The notes: generated from the letters alone by a model not told the origin. 64,000 nucleotides of DNA from Patescibacteria group bacterium (GCA_038064835.1 JBBTSD010000001.1:170361-234360); one strand, 5' to 3'; positions 10,365-22,422 are shown, counted from the first letter of the stretch. Numbers and translations are program-made.

Positions 10365-10407
10365 TCTGATACCATCTCCAACTAATCTCTGAACACCAAG
10401 TCTTGAA

Positions 10408-10490
10408 AATTGTGGCTGTGACTCGAAGAAAAAAGCTCAATGTATCTATGGATATATTTCACTTTTTTCTTCATCGCCCCAGCCACAATT
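10408..10490. repeat. long nested inverted repeat / hairpin between the REC gene and pilT
   Basis: AATTGTGGCTG (10408-10418) pairs with CAGCCACAATT (10480-10490). Inner arms GAAGAAAAAAG and CTTTTTTCTTC are also complementary. Total extent about 83 nt. Confidence 0.5.
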
Positions 10491-10617
10491 TCCTACGACT
10501 TTTGTTCAGATCCTACTTGTCGATGGTATGACCTCTCTGATTTTCTGTGGATAGCGCCAAAAGGCACTATGCCATGTGTCATACTATGTGGTGCCGCTTA
10601 GCACTAACAGACAAGAC

Positions 10618-11679
10618 ATGGATTACGCGCAACTTTTCAAGAAGTACATTAATGTCCTTGTGCATGAAGGCGGGTCCGACCTGCACTTCTCGACCGAGGC
10701 GCACCCCACCATCCGTGTCGCGGGCATGCTCACACCACTCCTCAAGGAACCTGTTTTGCGCGCCGAAGACACGCTCGGATTTGCTGACCACCTCCTTTCA
10801 AAAGAACAAAAAGACCGGTTCATCAAAGACCACGAAGTAGACTTTGCATACGAGACAGCCGATGGATATCGTTTGCGCGGGAACGCGTTCTTCCAACGAG
10901 GTTCAATCGGAGTTGTATTGAGGCTCATTCCGAAGCAAATAAAAACGATTGCCGAGTTGAATCTTCCCCCGGTAGTCGAGACATTTGCGCGCAAGTCTCA
11001 GGGATTTTTCTTGGTGGTTGGCCCAGTTGGGCAGGGCAAGACCACCACACTCGCAGCACTTCTCGAGATGATTAATCTTGAGCGCATGGAACACATCATT
11101 ACCATCGAGGACCCGATTGAGTATGTGTATACACCAAAGCAGTCAATGATTGACCAACGCGAAGTGCGTATCGATACCAAAGATTTTGCCACCGCGCTTC
11201 ACTCCGCATTTCGTCAGGATGTCGATGTTATTCTCATTGGTGAAATGCGTGGTGCCGAAACCATGTCTGCGGCAGTTACTGCGGCAGAAACAGGACATTT
11301 GGTCTTTTCGACACTACATACCAACAATGCGGCGCAAACCATCGATCGCATCATAGATACCTTTCCATCAACACAGCAGGATCAGATTCGCCTTCAGCTC
11401 GCCTCTTCGCTTGCTGGTATATTCTCGCAGCGCCTTATACCGCGTGTGTCTGGTGGGCTAATCCCGACATACGAGTTGCTGATAAACAACAAGGCAGTTT
11501 CAAACCTGATTCGTGAGAAAAGGACGCATGAAATCAATACGGTCATTGAAACTTCCTCCGAAGAAGGCATGATTGATATGAATCGGTCGCTTGCCGAACT
11601 GGTTGCACGCGGCGAAATTACCGTAGAAAATGCCTACTCCTACTCTCTCAATCCTAAGGTTCTCGACAAACTTTTGTAA
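10618..11679 (+). CDS. pilT: twitching-motility / pilus retraction ATPase PilT
   Basis: Walker A GPVGQGKTTT plus Asp and His boxes. About 354 aa from ATG 10618 (the ORF opens at 10576). Confidence 0.9.
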   Translation: MDYAQLFKKYINVLVHEGGSDLHFSTEAHPTIRVAGMLTPLLKEPVLRAEDTLGFADHLLSKEQKDRFIKDHEVDFAYETADGYRLRGNAFFQRGSIGVVLRLIPKQIKTIAELNLPPVVETFARKSQGFFLVVGPVGQGKTTTLAALLEMINLERMEHIITIEDPIEYVYTPKQSMIDQREVRIDTKDFATALHSAFRQDVDVILIGEMRGAETMSAAVTAAETGHLVFSTLHTNNAAQTIDRIIDTFPSTQQDQIRLQLASSLAGIFSQRLIPRVSGGLIPTYELLINNKAVSNLIREKRTHEINTVIETSSEEGMIDMNRSLAELVARGEITVENAYSYSLNPKVLDKLL

Positions 11680-11697
11680 AATAGGAGACTTCACATC

Positions 11698-12906
11698 ATG
11701 GCAGTCTTTTCATACAATGCGGTTGACCAGGAAGGTAACCAGCGGAAGGGGACAATCGACGCAGTCAATATGGATGTGGCGGTTACCGCACTCCAGAGGC
11801 GTGGCCTAGTTGTTGCGGGTATCGATGAAGCACAAAAGCCATCGGCACTTTTCGAACGACTTAATCTGTTCCAAGGTGTGAGTAATCGCGATGTCGTGAT
11901 GCTCTCGCGCCAGATCACTACGCTTTTCGAAGCTCAAGTTTCGGCACTGCGCACATTTCGGCTTTTGGCATCCGAGGCTCGCACGCCACTGCTGAGTGAG
12001 AAACTCACAGAAATCGGAAATGATATCCAGAGTGGTAGTACGATCTCGGCAGCGCTTTCCAAACACCCGAGTATGTTCTCGGCATTTTATGTAAACTTGG
12101 TGCGTGCCGGTGAAGAGTCTGGAAAGCTCGATGAAACATTCTCTTTCCTCGCCGACTACCTCGACAGAAACTATGAAATCACACAAAAAGCCCGCAACGC
12201 GCTTATCTATCCCGCCTTCGTGACTGCCACATTCGTAGTTGTGATGGTTATGATGATGACATTGGTTATCCCGCGTCTTTCAGCGATTCTGACCGAAGTG
12301 GGTCAAGAGGTGCCGATCTACACCAAAGTGGTCATTGGCATCAGCACATTTATGACAAATTACTTCCTCCTATTCGCTCTGGCGGTTGTCATCGGCGCTG
12401 TTCTTTTGTTGCGTTACAGCGGCACTGAGGGTGGGCGACTAGCACTCTCACAAACGCGACTTCGTATCCCGCAAGTAGGGCTCATCTACCAACAGCTATT
12501 TCTTTCGAGACTTACCGACAACCTCAGTACTATGTTGCGAAGCGGTATTCAAATGGTGCGGGGGCTCGAGGTTAGCTCATTTGTGGTGGGGGATGCGGTA
12601 TATGAACGGATACTGACCGAAGCGACGAACGATGTGAAAGGTGGTCTTCCTGCATCAGAAGCATTTCGCAAGCATCCTGAGATTCCAGGTATCGTTGTTG
12701 CGATGATAAAGATTGGTGAAGAGACGGGAAACTTGAGTAAAATTCTCGATACGCTTGCGCGATTTTATCGTCGCGAAGTTTCAAACTCTATTGATACTTT
12801 GGTCGGGCTCATTGAACCGTTCATGATCGTCGGACTTGCCGTAGGTGTCGCATTTCTCCTTGCCGCAGTGCTTATCCCGATTTACAACATATCTGCTGGA
12901 TTCTAG
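11698..12906 (+). CDS. pilC: type IV pilus platform protein PilC/GspF
   Basis: 402 aa, two GspF-type repeats with three TM helices. Confidence 0.9.
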   Translation: MAVFSYNAVDQEGNQRKGTIDAVNMDVAVTALQRRGLVVAGIDEAQKPSALFERLNLFQGVSNRDVVMLSRQITTLFEAQVSALRTFRLLASEARTPLLSEKLTEIGNDIQSGSTISAALSKHPSMFSAFYVNLVRAGEESGKLDETFSFLADYLDRNYEITQKARNALIYPAFVTATFVVVMVMMMTLVIPRLSAILTEVGQEVPIYTKVVIGISTFMTNYFLLFALAVVIGAVLLLRYSGTEGGRLALSQTRLRIPQVGLIYQQLFLSRLTDNLSTMLRSGIQMVRGLEVSSFVVGDAVYERILTEATNDVKGGLPASEAFRKHPEIPGIVVAMIKIGEETGNLSKILDTLARFYRREVSNSIDTLVGLIEPFMIVGLAVGVAFLLAAVLIPIYNISAGF

Positions 12907-13066
12907 CAAGTCATGATGCATTTCATGGTTATCCACAGTGATTTTGCACGGGGAGTAGAGAAGCATATAATGGGGGCACACTGGTCGTGTAACAATTAAT
13001 TACTAGGACGCCCAATACAACATGGGTGTGCGGGGGTAAAACCCCATTATAAATTTTCAAGAAAGT

Positions 13067-13516
13067 ATGTTTAAGAAAGAGAAGCGCGGCTTCACGCTCA
13101 TCGAATTGCTCGTGGTCATCGCCATCATCGGGATCCTCTCGTCAGTTGTGCTCGCATCGCTCAACAGCGCACGCAAAAAGGGTCGTGATGCTCGTCGTAT
13201 CGCAGATGCCAAGCAGCTCCAGCTCGCGCTTGAGCTCTATTACGACGCCCAGGGAAGCTATCCTGCGGCCTTGAGCGCTGCAAACTTGGTCACCCCTGGA
13301 TACATCGCCGCAATTCCAGTTGATCCAAGTGGTGGTAGCTATGCCTACGATCAGGTTTCAAGCGGATCAGTGTACTACCTCGGTGTAAACCTCGAGACTT
13401 CCGGTCATTCAGCTCTTTCAACAGATGCTGACAGTGCTGGTACAAATGTTGAGGGAAGTGACACTGACGGCTGTGGCAACGAAGTTGGTCGCTACTGCTA
13501 CGACGTACGCCCATAG
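13067..13516 (+). CDS. pilA: type IV pilin (major pilin candidate), class III signal peptide
   Basis: Prepilin leader MFKKEKRG|FTLIELLVVIAIIGIL with Glu at +5. Followed by a strong intrinsic terminator. Confidence 0.85.
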   Translation: MFKKEKRGFTLIELLVVIAIIGILSSVVLASLNSARKKGRDARRIADAKQLQLALELYYDAQGSYPAALSAANLVTPGYIAAIPVDPSGGSYAYDQVSSGSVYYLGVNLETSGHSALSTDADSAGTNVEGSDTDGCGNEVGRYCYDVRP

Positions 13517-13547
13517 GTTCCGCACGACTTGTCGGAGCACTATGCTC

Positions 13548-13580
13548 AAGAGAACCAGGACACTGTCCTGGTTCTCTTTT
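13548..13580 (+). terminator. rho-independent terminator after pilA
   Basis: AAGAGAACCAGG / CCTGGTTCTCTT stem followed by TTTT. Confidence 0.7.
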
Positions 13581-13769
13581 GCTTATGCAGGATTTGTGAA
13601 CATACTATGTCTCGCTACACCGTCTTGTAAAATCTCATTGCGGATAGCGAGGAGCGAAGCGAGCGCAAAAGCAGGTTCGGGGCTCTGCCTCGGGGGTGAA
13701 TACTGTTTATTTGGAATACGCTCGAATACATCACCTTCACAAATCCCGTGCTGTATACTGAGAACTCTC

Positions 13770-14618
13770 ATGTACGAAATTTTGATAGGCATACACGCGG
13801 TCCTTGGCCTCATTATCGGGAGTTTTCTTAATGTGTGCGTGTTGCGACATAATACCGGTCGCTCACTACAGGGCAGGAGTGGATGTATGTCTTGTGGTTC
13901 GACGCTTCAGGCACGGCACCTTGTTCCAGTTTTGTCTTGGTGCTTTCTGCAAGGTCGTGCCGCCTGTTGCGGAGTGCGTATTTCAAAGCAGTATCCTATA
14001 GTCGAGCTTCTCACGGCCTTTCTGTTTGCATTCATTGCAGTGTTAATGTTCCCACCCCTCCTACATACGGTTGCCCTGTTCCTTGTATGTCTCCTCATCC
14101 TTATCACTGTATACGATGCTCTGCACACGGTCATTCCTGACGAATGGGTGTATGCATTTTTGGTAACAGCAATCATATTTCGGAGCATCATCTTGCTTGG
14201 CACGGGCGATAATCTGTTTGAAACGGTGCTCTATACACTATTTTGTGCAATAAGTATCGCAGCCCCACTTTACTTCTTATGGTTCATAACACAGGGTCGT
14301 GGCATCGGATTTGGCGATGTAAAACTGGGTCTTGGTATTGGCGCTCTCCTAGGATTGGCAAATGGTTTGCTTGCGCTAGGGCTATCGTTTGTGGTTGGGG
14401 CGATTTTTTCAGTCGGGATATTGTTACCACTTCCATGGTACATTCGTATTTTTAAGGGGTGTGGACTACTTGCTAATACTCCGAAACCTTCGTTTACAAT
14501 GAAGAGCGAAGTTCCCTTTGGTCCATTTCTGATTTTTGGGACGCTTTTGATATGGTTTCTAACTCTCACCTTTGGCGAGACAAGCATACTTGGCTTTCTC
14601 GGGCTGGCTTCTCTCTAA
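13770..14618 (+). CDS. pilD: prepilin peptidase PilD (A24 family)
   Basis: N-terminal Cys-rich zinc-binding region (CMSCGSTL...CCGVRI). Multi-TM with a GFGDVKLG catalytic-Asp context. ATG at 13770 inside the longer ORF 13425..14618. Confidence 0.85.
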   Translation: MYEILIGIHAVLGLIIGSFLNVCVLRHNTGRSLQGRSGCMSCGSTLQARHLVPVLSWCFLQGRAACCGVRISKQYPIVELLTAFLFAFIAVLMFPPLLHTVALFLVCLLILITVYDALHTVIPDEWVYAFLVTAIIFRSIILLGTGDNLFETVLYTLFCAISIAAPLYFLWFITQGRGIGFGDVKLGLGIGALLGLANGLLALGLSFVVGAIFSVGILLPLPWYIRIFKGCGLLANTPKPSFTMKSEVPFGPFLIFGTLLIWFLTLTFGETSILGFLGLASL

Positions 14619-15151
14619 TCGAGCTTCTGGTAGTCACTGCAGTGCTGGTGGTGATTAGTAGCATTATTCTCGCCAACAACGCAAAGTTCGGTGGTGCTAT
14701 AACGCTACGCAACCTTGTGTACGATATGGCCTTGTCCGTGCGGGAAGCACAGACCTACGGTATCTCCGTGCGCAAATTTGGCTCGGGTGCGGGGGAGTTT
14801 GGCGCAGGGTACGGTGTTCATTTTCAACTATCAAGTCCAAGCGAGTACACAATTTTTGCCGATGCCGTCCTGTCCAATGGTCTGTATGATAGTGGCGAAG
14901 TTGTCCAACTCATCAACATAAATGGTAACTACCGCATCGTAAATTTGTGTGCGATACCAGCCGGAGGGAGTACAGAATCTTGTGGGTACAGCAAAATAGA
15001 TGTTCTTTTTGTTCGGCCCGAACCTGACGCTTATATTCGAATCAACGACGGAACGACGGTATACCAAAGCGCAAAGATTACCGTGCAATCTCCTCGCGGC
15101 GACCTTCTGTCGGTCTTGATTGAGGCAACTGGTCAGATCTCAGTGCAATAG
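14552..15151 (+). CDS. minor pilin / pseudopilin (prepilin-type N-terminus RAGFSLIELLVV)
   Basis: GFSLIELLVV leader + hydrophobic helix. The only in-frame ATG is at 14552, which gives an unusually long 17-aa leader and about 67 nt of overlap with the pilD 3' end. Confidence 0.6.
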   Translation: MVSNSHLWRDKHTWLSRAGFSLIELLVVTAVLVVISSIILANNAKFGGAITLRNLVYDMALSVREAQTYGISVRKFGSGAGEFGAGYGVHFQLSSPSEYTIFADAVLSNGLYDSGEVVQLININGNYRIVNLCAIPAGGSTESCGYSKIDVLFVRPEPDAYIRINDGTTVYQSAKITVQSPRGDLLSVLIEATGQISVQ

Positions 15152-15152
15152 T

Positions 15153-15713
15153 ATGAGCAAACGAGGATTTTCACTGATCGAGATGATGGTGGCGGTAGCA
15201 CTTTTCTCGATTGTCATGGTTGTCTCAACTGGTGCGCTTCTTGCACTGGTCAGTGCCAATAGAAAAGCCCAAGCACTCCAGTCAGTGATGAACAACCTTA
15301 ATACTGCTGTTGACGGTATGGTGCGTGCGGTGCGCATGGGCGCTACATTTCATTGTGGGAATACAGGGTCATATGGCACTGTCCAAGATTGTATAAATGG
15401 AGATACTCTCTTTGCATTCGAGCCATTTGGAGGTACTTCGGCAACGACAAATGATCAATGGGTGTACTGGTATGATGCCAGCACAAAAAGAATAAAAAAA
15501 TCTGAGAATGGTGGAGCCACGAATTTCACACTCACTGCTCCCGAAGTGGAAATAGATGAAGCAACTTTCTATGTACTAGGCTCAACTGAGGGTGATGCAG
15601 TACAGCCCAAGGTGGTGATTGTTGTGCGTGGGACTGCCGGAGCGGGGAATGCAAAGACTCGCACCACATTCAATATCCAAGCAACTGCAGTGCAACGAAT
15701 ACTTGATCTATGA
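15153..15713 (+). CDS. minor pilin / pseudopilin
   Basis: MSKRGFSLIEMMVAVALF prepilin N-terminus. Confidence 0.65.
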   Translation: MSKRGFSLIEMMVAVALFSIVMVVSTGALLALVSANRKAQALQSVMNNLNTAVDGMVRAVRMGATFHCGNTGSYGTVQDCINGDTLFAFEPFGGTSATTNDQWVYWYDASTKRIKKSENGGATNFTLTAPEVEIDEATFYVLGSTEGDAVQPKVVIVVRGTAGAGNAKTRTTFNIQATAVQRILDL

Positions 15714-16261
15714 TTTCTTTTACTCCACATACTAAATACGGAAGAGGATTTACTCTTATCGAGACGCTGGTGGCGGTATCGCTCTTAGTCGTAGCGGTTG
15801 CAGGTCCTATGTCGCTTGCCGCGCAAAGTTTGTCGTCGGCGTTTTACGCGCGCGACCAGGTGACCGCGTTTCATCTAGCCCAAGAGGCGGTGGAAGCGGT
15901 GCGCAGTGTGCGCGATAACAATGTACTTTTGAATATTGAAGGGACACAGACCGATCTTCTTTCAGGGATACCGAGTACAGACGGGGATCCTTTCACTATC
16001 GATACACGAGATAACACTATGACAGCATGCATCAGCGGAACATGCGGCAAATTGCGTAATAACGGATCACTATACGGATATGGGGTCGGGGGAAACTGGG
16101 CGGACACCAGGTTTACTCGGACTGTTCGAGTTTCGATGGTCGATGGTGGGACTGACGAAATAGAAGTTCTTGTTGAGGTGCGCTGGCGGTCAGGCGCGTA
16201 TCAAGAACGGTCATTCACAATAGCTGAAAATTTATATCGTTGGGTCTATGATGGTACATAA
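15710..16261 (+). CDS. minor pilin / pseudopilin (PilV/GspH-like)
   Basis: KYGRGFTLIETLVAVSLL prepilin N-terminus. 4-nt overlap with the upstream gene. Confidence 0.65.
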   Translation: MISFTPHTKYGRGFTLIETLVAVSLLVVAVAGPMSLAAQSLSSAFYARDQVTAFHLAQEAVEAVRSVRDNNVLLNIEGTQTDLLSGIPSTDGDPFTIDTRDNTMTACISGTCGKLRNNGSLYGYGVGGNWADTRFTRTVRVSMVDGGTDEIEVLVEVRWRSGAYQERSFTIAENLYRWVYDGT

Positions 16262-16264
16262 AGT

Positions 16265-16726
16265 ATGCGCATAAAAAATAATCAACGAGGGTTTACGCTT
16301 CTGCTGGCAACGATTACGGCCTCACTCTTGCTTATTTTAGGGGCAGCAATTTTTTCCATTACCAAAAAAGAAGTCATGCTCTCTTCGATTGGTCGCGATT
16401 CACAGTTTGCGTTCTATGCCGCGGATACTGCTGCAGAATGCGCACTTTATTGGGATGTTCGACATGATGCGTTTAGCTCAACAACTTCCTTCACCACGGC
16501 AACTTGCGATGCGCAAAGTCTTGGGGCTCTTACATTTGTCGCTTATGGGACACCGATGACTTTTGAATATCAGCCAAATGGGTACTGTGCTCGTGTCTCT
16601 GTGACAAAGAATAACGACCCAAATCAACCCGAAACAACAGTGTATTCTCGCGGATACAACTCAACCTGCTTAGGGATAGAAACCAATCCCCGTGCACTTG
16701 AACGAGCGGTACAGCTGACTTACTAA
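16265..16726 (+). CDS. minor pilin (PilX-like)
   Basis: NQRGFTLLLATITASLLLIL prepilin-like N-terminus. Last gene of the block. Confidence 0.6.
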   Translation: MRIKNNQRGFTLLLATITASLLLILGAAIFSITKKEVMLSSIGRDSQFAFYAADTAAECALYWDVRHDAFSSTTSFTTATCDAQSLGALTFVAYGTPMTFEYQPNGYCARVSVTKNNDPNQPETTVYSRGYNSTCLGIETNPRALERAVQLTY

Positions 16727-16761
16727 TAGTTTCAAGAAAATACCCCTCGTGTAGAGGGGTA

Positions 16762-17340
16762 TTATCGATATCGTGCGATGAGTGTATCCAACGCGGTCGC
16801 TTCGTTGTGTGCCCGAAGAACAGACTCCTGGTGACCTGCGACCACATGGAATTCGTTTAGAATGTACACGATGCCTGCCCAGGTTGAAAAAAATATAGCA
16901 AGTGTCATACCAACAAGTCGGGCATCTTGGAATGTGGGTACCAACCAAGGGAGTATGAACGCGGAGAGCCATGGCGTCACAAACATAATGACCGCGAAGT
17001 GAGGTATCATATTTCCCGGCTCTTCAAAGAAGTGACCAACGGGATCTCTGCGGGTGTGCACTAAGGAACTCAATGACCTGATTTCAGGTTTGGTCGTTGC
17101 TATCTCCCAGAGGTACTGCATGTGTGTCCGTGAGCGGGATGGCTTCATGGACTCACTTGGGCCGACGAATGGCTCTATCAGGCTTGCGATTCTAAACTCG
17201 GGTTCCCTGAGTGCTTTTTCCAGGAGAGGATGGGAAGGTGCAAGTGCCTTAAGAATCTCAGACATGAGCGTGTGCTGATTTGGAGCACCGCTAAAACTTT
17301 CTTCAAGCGAGGTTAGTTTCTCAAGGATGGTTGAGTCCAT
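16762..17340 (-). CDS. hypothetical membrane protein
   Basis: 192 aa, C-terminal half hydrophobic. No motif. Confidence 0.4.
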   Translation of the reverse strand: MDSTILEKLTSLEESFSGAPNQHTLMSEILKALAPSHPLLEKALREPEFRIASLIEPFVGPSESMKPSRSRTHMQYLWEIATTKPEIRSLSSLVHTRRDPVGHFFEEPGNMIPHFAVIMFVTPWLSAFILPWLVPTFQDARLVGMTLAIFFSTWAGIVYILNEFHVVAGHQESVLRAHNEATALDTLIARYR

Positions 17341-17358
17341 GAATGTCTCCCTGTCTAA

Positions 17359-19742
<2,384 letters not shown>

Positions 19743-19747
19743 CCAGT

Positions 19748-21163
19748 ATGGATACAGCGAAGCTGACAATTGCCGGTGCTCGTCGCGCGCTTGATGCGAA
19801 GGAATATTCTGCAGTCGAGCTTGTACGCGCGTTTCGCACGGTAGCAGAAAAAGAAAACCCTGCACTCAATGCCTACCTCGAAATTTTTTCTGACAGCGAA
19901 CAGCAAGCAAAAGAGGCTGACATCACTATCGCACAAGGGTCCGCAGGGCCACTTACCGGAATCCCATTAGCAATAAAAGACAACATTCTTATCAATGGGC
20001 ATCGCGCAGGCGCCGCTTCAAAGATTCTTGAGGGCTATGTCGCTCCGTACGATGCTACGGTCATAGCACGACTTAAAAAACAGCATGCTGTTTTTATGGG
20101 GCGTACTAATATGGATGAATTTGCCATGGGAAGTTCCACGGAAAATTCCGCCTATGGAGTAACCAAGCACCCGCTTGATCCGACACGAGTGCCTGGTGGA
20201 TCATCTGGTGGCTCGGCGGTGGCGGTGGCGGCGCACCTTGCACTTGGTGCGCTTGGCTCCGACACGGGAGGCTCAATCCGTCAGCCTGCGGGGCTTTGTG
20301 GCGTTGTGGGGTTAAAGACCACATACGGGATGGTGTCACGCTACGGACTCATGGCGATGGGTTCATCACTCGACCAGATTGGGCCATTTGCGCACACGGT
20401 CGAAGACGCACGACTGCTTTTTGATGCAATCAAAGGACATGATTCACTGGACAGTACTTCCTTGCCTAACGGATTTTTTCCTAACGATGCAGGGCTTAAA
20501 AAGAGAGTCGGTGTCCCGCGTGCATTTCTGCAAGCGGGAATTGATGCAGATGTTCTTGCACGGTTTGAAGAAACTCTTGCGTACCTAAAAAAACAGGGGC
20601 ACACCATCGTTGATGTTGCTATCCCGTCGCTCGCTCATGCCCTTGCGGTGTATTACATCATCATGCCAGCAGAAGCGTCGACTAACCTCGCGCGTTTCGA
20701 CGGTATCCGCTTCGGACTTTCAGTCGACTCCGATGATATTATCGATGTCTACAAGAAAACCCGAGGAATGGGTTTTGGGAGAGAAGTACGACGACGGATA
20801 CTCGTTGGCACATTCGTTCTTTCATCTGGGTATGTTGATGCGTACTATCGCAAAGCGATTGCTGTACGCAATGTGATTCGCAACGATTTCAAAAAAGCCT
20901 TTACCGATGTCGATGTTATCGTGACACCAACTTCCCCGACTCCCGCGTTCAAGGCGGGAGAAAAAGAAGATCCGCTTGCTATGTACGCGGCTGACATATT
21001 TACCGTGCCAGTCAATTTGGCGGGAGTGCCGGCTATCTCGGTGCCGACGGGTAGTGTGGCGCGCGATGGAATTAATTTGCCAGTGGGTTTCCAGATTATT
21101 GCTCCCATGGGACGCGAAGACAGACTGTTTACTGTTGGGTCGGTGGTTGAAAAAATGGAGTAA
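19748..21163 (+). CDS. gatA: Glu-tRNA(Gln)/Asp-tRNA(Asn) amidotransferase subunit A (amidase signature)
   Basis: 471 aa. Amidase signature GGSSGGSAVAVAA. Ser-cisSer-Lys triad context. Confidence 0.95.
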   Translation: MDTAKLTIAGARRALDAKEYSAVELVRAFRTVAEKENPALNAYLEIFSDSEQQAKEADITIAQGSAGPLTGIPLAIKDNILINGHRAGAASKILEGYVAPYDATVIARLKKQHAVFMGRTNMDEFAMGSSTENSAYGVTKHPLDPTRVPGGSSGGSAVAVAAHLALGALGSDTGGSIRQPAGLCGVVGLKTTYGMVSRYGLMAMGSSLDQIGPFAHTVEDARLLFDAIKGHDSLDSTSLPNGFFPNDAGLKKRVGVPRAFLQAGIDADVLARFEETLAYLKKQGHTIVDVAIPSLAHALAVYYIIMPAEASTNLARFDGIRFGLSVDSDDIIDVYKKTRGMGFGREVRRRILVGTFVLSSGYVDAYYRKAIAVRNVIRNDFKKAFTDVDVIVTPTSPTPAFKAGEKEDPLAMYAADIFTVPVNLAGVPAISVPTGSVARDGINLPVGFQIIAPMGREDRLFTVGSVVEKME

Positions 21164-21172
21164 CATATTCAT

Positions 21173-21964
21173 ATGGATTCTGAAGGAGGAATAAACCCGG
21201 CCACTATACTTGCAGGAATTATTGCACTCGCTTTTTTTTCCCCATTTGCGGGCGAGATTGTTTTTAAATGGGTTCCAGCGACACTTAGTGTCGTCACCGG
21301 TGTAGAAATGGACGGGGACCTTCGTGATATCCCAGCTCCACTGGTCGTCTCTGTGCCACTTGCCCCGGTCCTCGTAGCTGAAGAGCCAGGGATGTTCTCT
21401 GGAGTTATGCGCCAAGCTTTGCTTGCACAAGCGGCGCCCGCCTACGACGCGGCAGTGGGGACCGGTGGTATTACCGGAGATGTCACGCGCGCGTGGAGTA
21501 TTTTTGCACCCATTTCTATTTTCGTGTCGCTGATGCTTGCTGTGGGTATTTTATATTCTATTTTCCGCATTAGACAGATTCGAAGAGATGAGAAAGCGAT
21601 TTGGAATGCTGGAGTCACCGCAGGAGGAGAGAGTGCTGTTCAGGAAAAAACAAATGCGCGCTGGCAGATGATTGTTGAGCATGTAAATACTGAGAATCCG
21701 AACGATTGGAGGCAGGCAATACTCGAGGCCGATATCATGCTTGACGAGCTCATCACCGCACAGGGATATCACGGGGACTCGATGGGAGATAAAATGAAGC
21801 AAATAGAACGGAGTGATTTCAATACCATTGATTTGGCATGGGAAGCACATAAAATCCGCAACCGCATTGCACACGAAGGCTCTGCCCATAGTCTCAATTC
21901 TCGCGAGGCGCGTCGTGTTGTATCGTTGTACGAACAAGCCTTTCGCGAATTTGAAATAATTTAA
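21173..21964 (+). CDS. membrane-anchored protein with C-terminal HEPN-like (DUF4145-like, R-N-R-I-A-H motif) domain
   Basis: 263 aa. One clear TM (WSIFAPISIFVSLMLAVGILYSIF), then a helical domain ending in KIRNRIAHEGS, which matches the Rx4-6H pattern. Confidence 0.5.
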   Translation: MDSEGGINPATILAGIIALAFFSPFAGEIVFKWVPATLSVVTGVEMDGDLRDIPAPLVVSVPLAPVLVAEEPGMFSGVMRQALLAQAAPAYDAAVGTGGITGDVTRAWSIFAPISIFVSLMLAVGILYSIFRIRQIRRDEKAIWNAGVTAGGESAVQEKTNARWQMIVEHVNTENPNDWRQAILEADIMLDELITAQGYHGDSMGDKMKQIERSDFNTIDLAWEAHKIRNRIAHEGSAHSLNSREARRVVSLYEQAFREFEII

Positions 21965-21986
21965 TGCCCGCACGAATGCGGGCATT
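21963..21986 (+). terminator. hairpin (possible terminator) after the HEPN-like membrane gene
   Basis: AATGCCCGCA cgaa TGCGGGCATT, a perfect 10-bp stem. No T-tract. Confidence 0.4.
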
Positions 21987-22142
21987 ACGCGGCCTTGCGC
22001 TGAGTTGCTAGGCGCTCTGGGAGGAACGCACTCCAATCCTCGATGCGGATACGGTAGAGGAATTTGAGTGAATTCGCTCAGCTTGCCTTGGTTCACCACT
22101 ATTGCTAGTATTAATAAGTTGTTTGCAATGCATACAACTTAT

Positions 22143-22214
<72 letters not shown>

Positions 22215-22225
22215 CAGCCAAAATC

Positions 22226-22258
22226 AAAAATGCCCCTTGTGGGGCATTTTTGTTTTTG
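22226..22258 (+). terminator. rho-independent terminator after tRNA-fMet
   Basis: AAAATGCCCC ttgt GGGGCATTTT followed by TGTTTTTG. Confidence 0.8.
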
Positions 22259-22265
22259 TTGCTGT

Positions 22266-22419
22266 GCGGAGGGCTGGACTCGAACGGGAGGGGGTCGGGG
22301 AACGGGAGTTCCCCGTGGAGGAGAGTAGCGAACGAAGCAAAGCGGAGTGAGCGTTGAGAACCGTGGGTTCTCAAGGAGGAGCGCCGAAGGACGCGACGAC
22401 TTCGCAGTCCAGCCCCCGC
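22266..22419 (+). ncRNA. 154-nt highly structured element closed by a tRNA top-half-like helix; carries an 18-nt exact copy of the tRNA-fMet 3' end (candidate ncRNA or att-site remnant)
   Basis: 5' GCGG-A-GGGCTGGACT pairs with 3' AGTCCAGCCC-CCGC (14 bp with a single bulge). Internal hairpins include CGGGGAA/TTCCCCG, GAGAACC/GGTTCTC and CGAAG/CTTCG. The 18-mer AGTCCAGCCCCCGCAACA occurs at 22199-22216 (tRNA) and at 22406-22423. Confidence 0.4.
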
Positions 22420-22422
22420 AAC

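Noticed and set aside
13425-13769. N-terminal extension of the pilD ORF
   Set aside because: The extension overlaps the pilA 3' end and its strong terminator. A canonical prepilin peptidase N-terminus begins at ATG 13770.
22266-22419. Minus-strand tRNA or tmRNA interpretation of the structured element
   Set aside because: The reverse complement contains TTCGAGT but no partner for a 5-bp T-stem. No D-arm or anticodon arm can be drawn on either strand. tmRNA-like 5'/3' consensus ends are absent.
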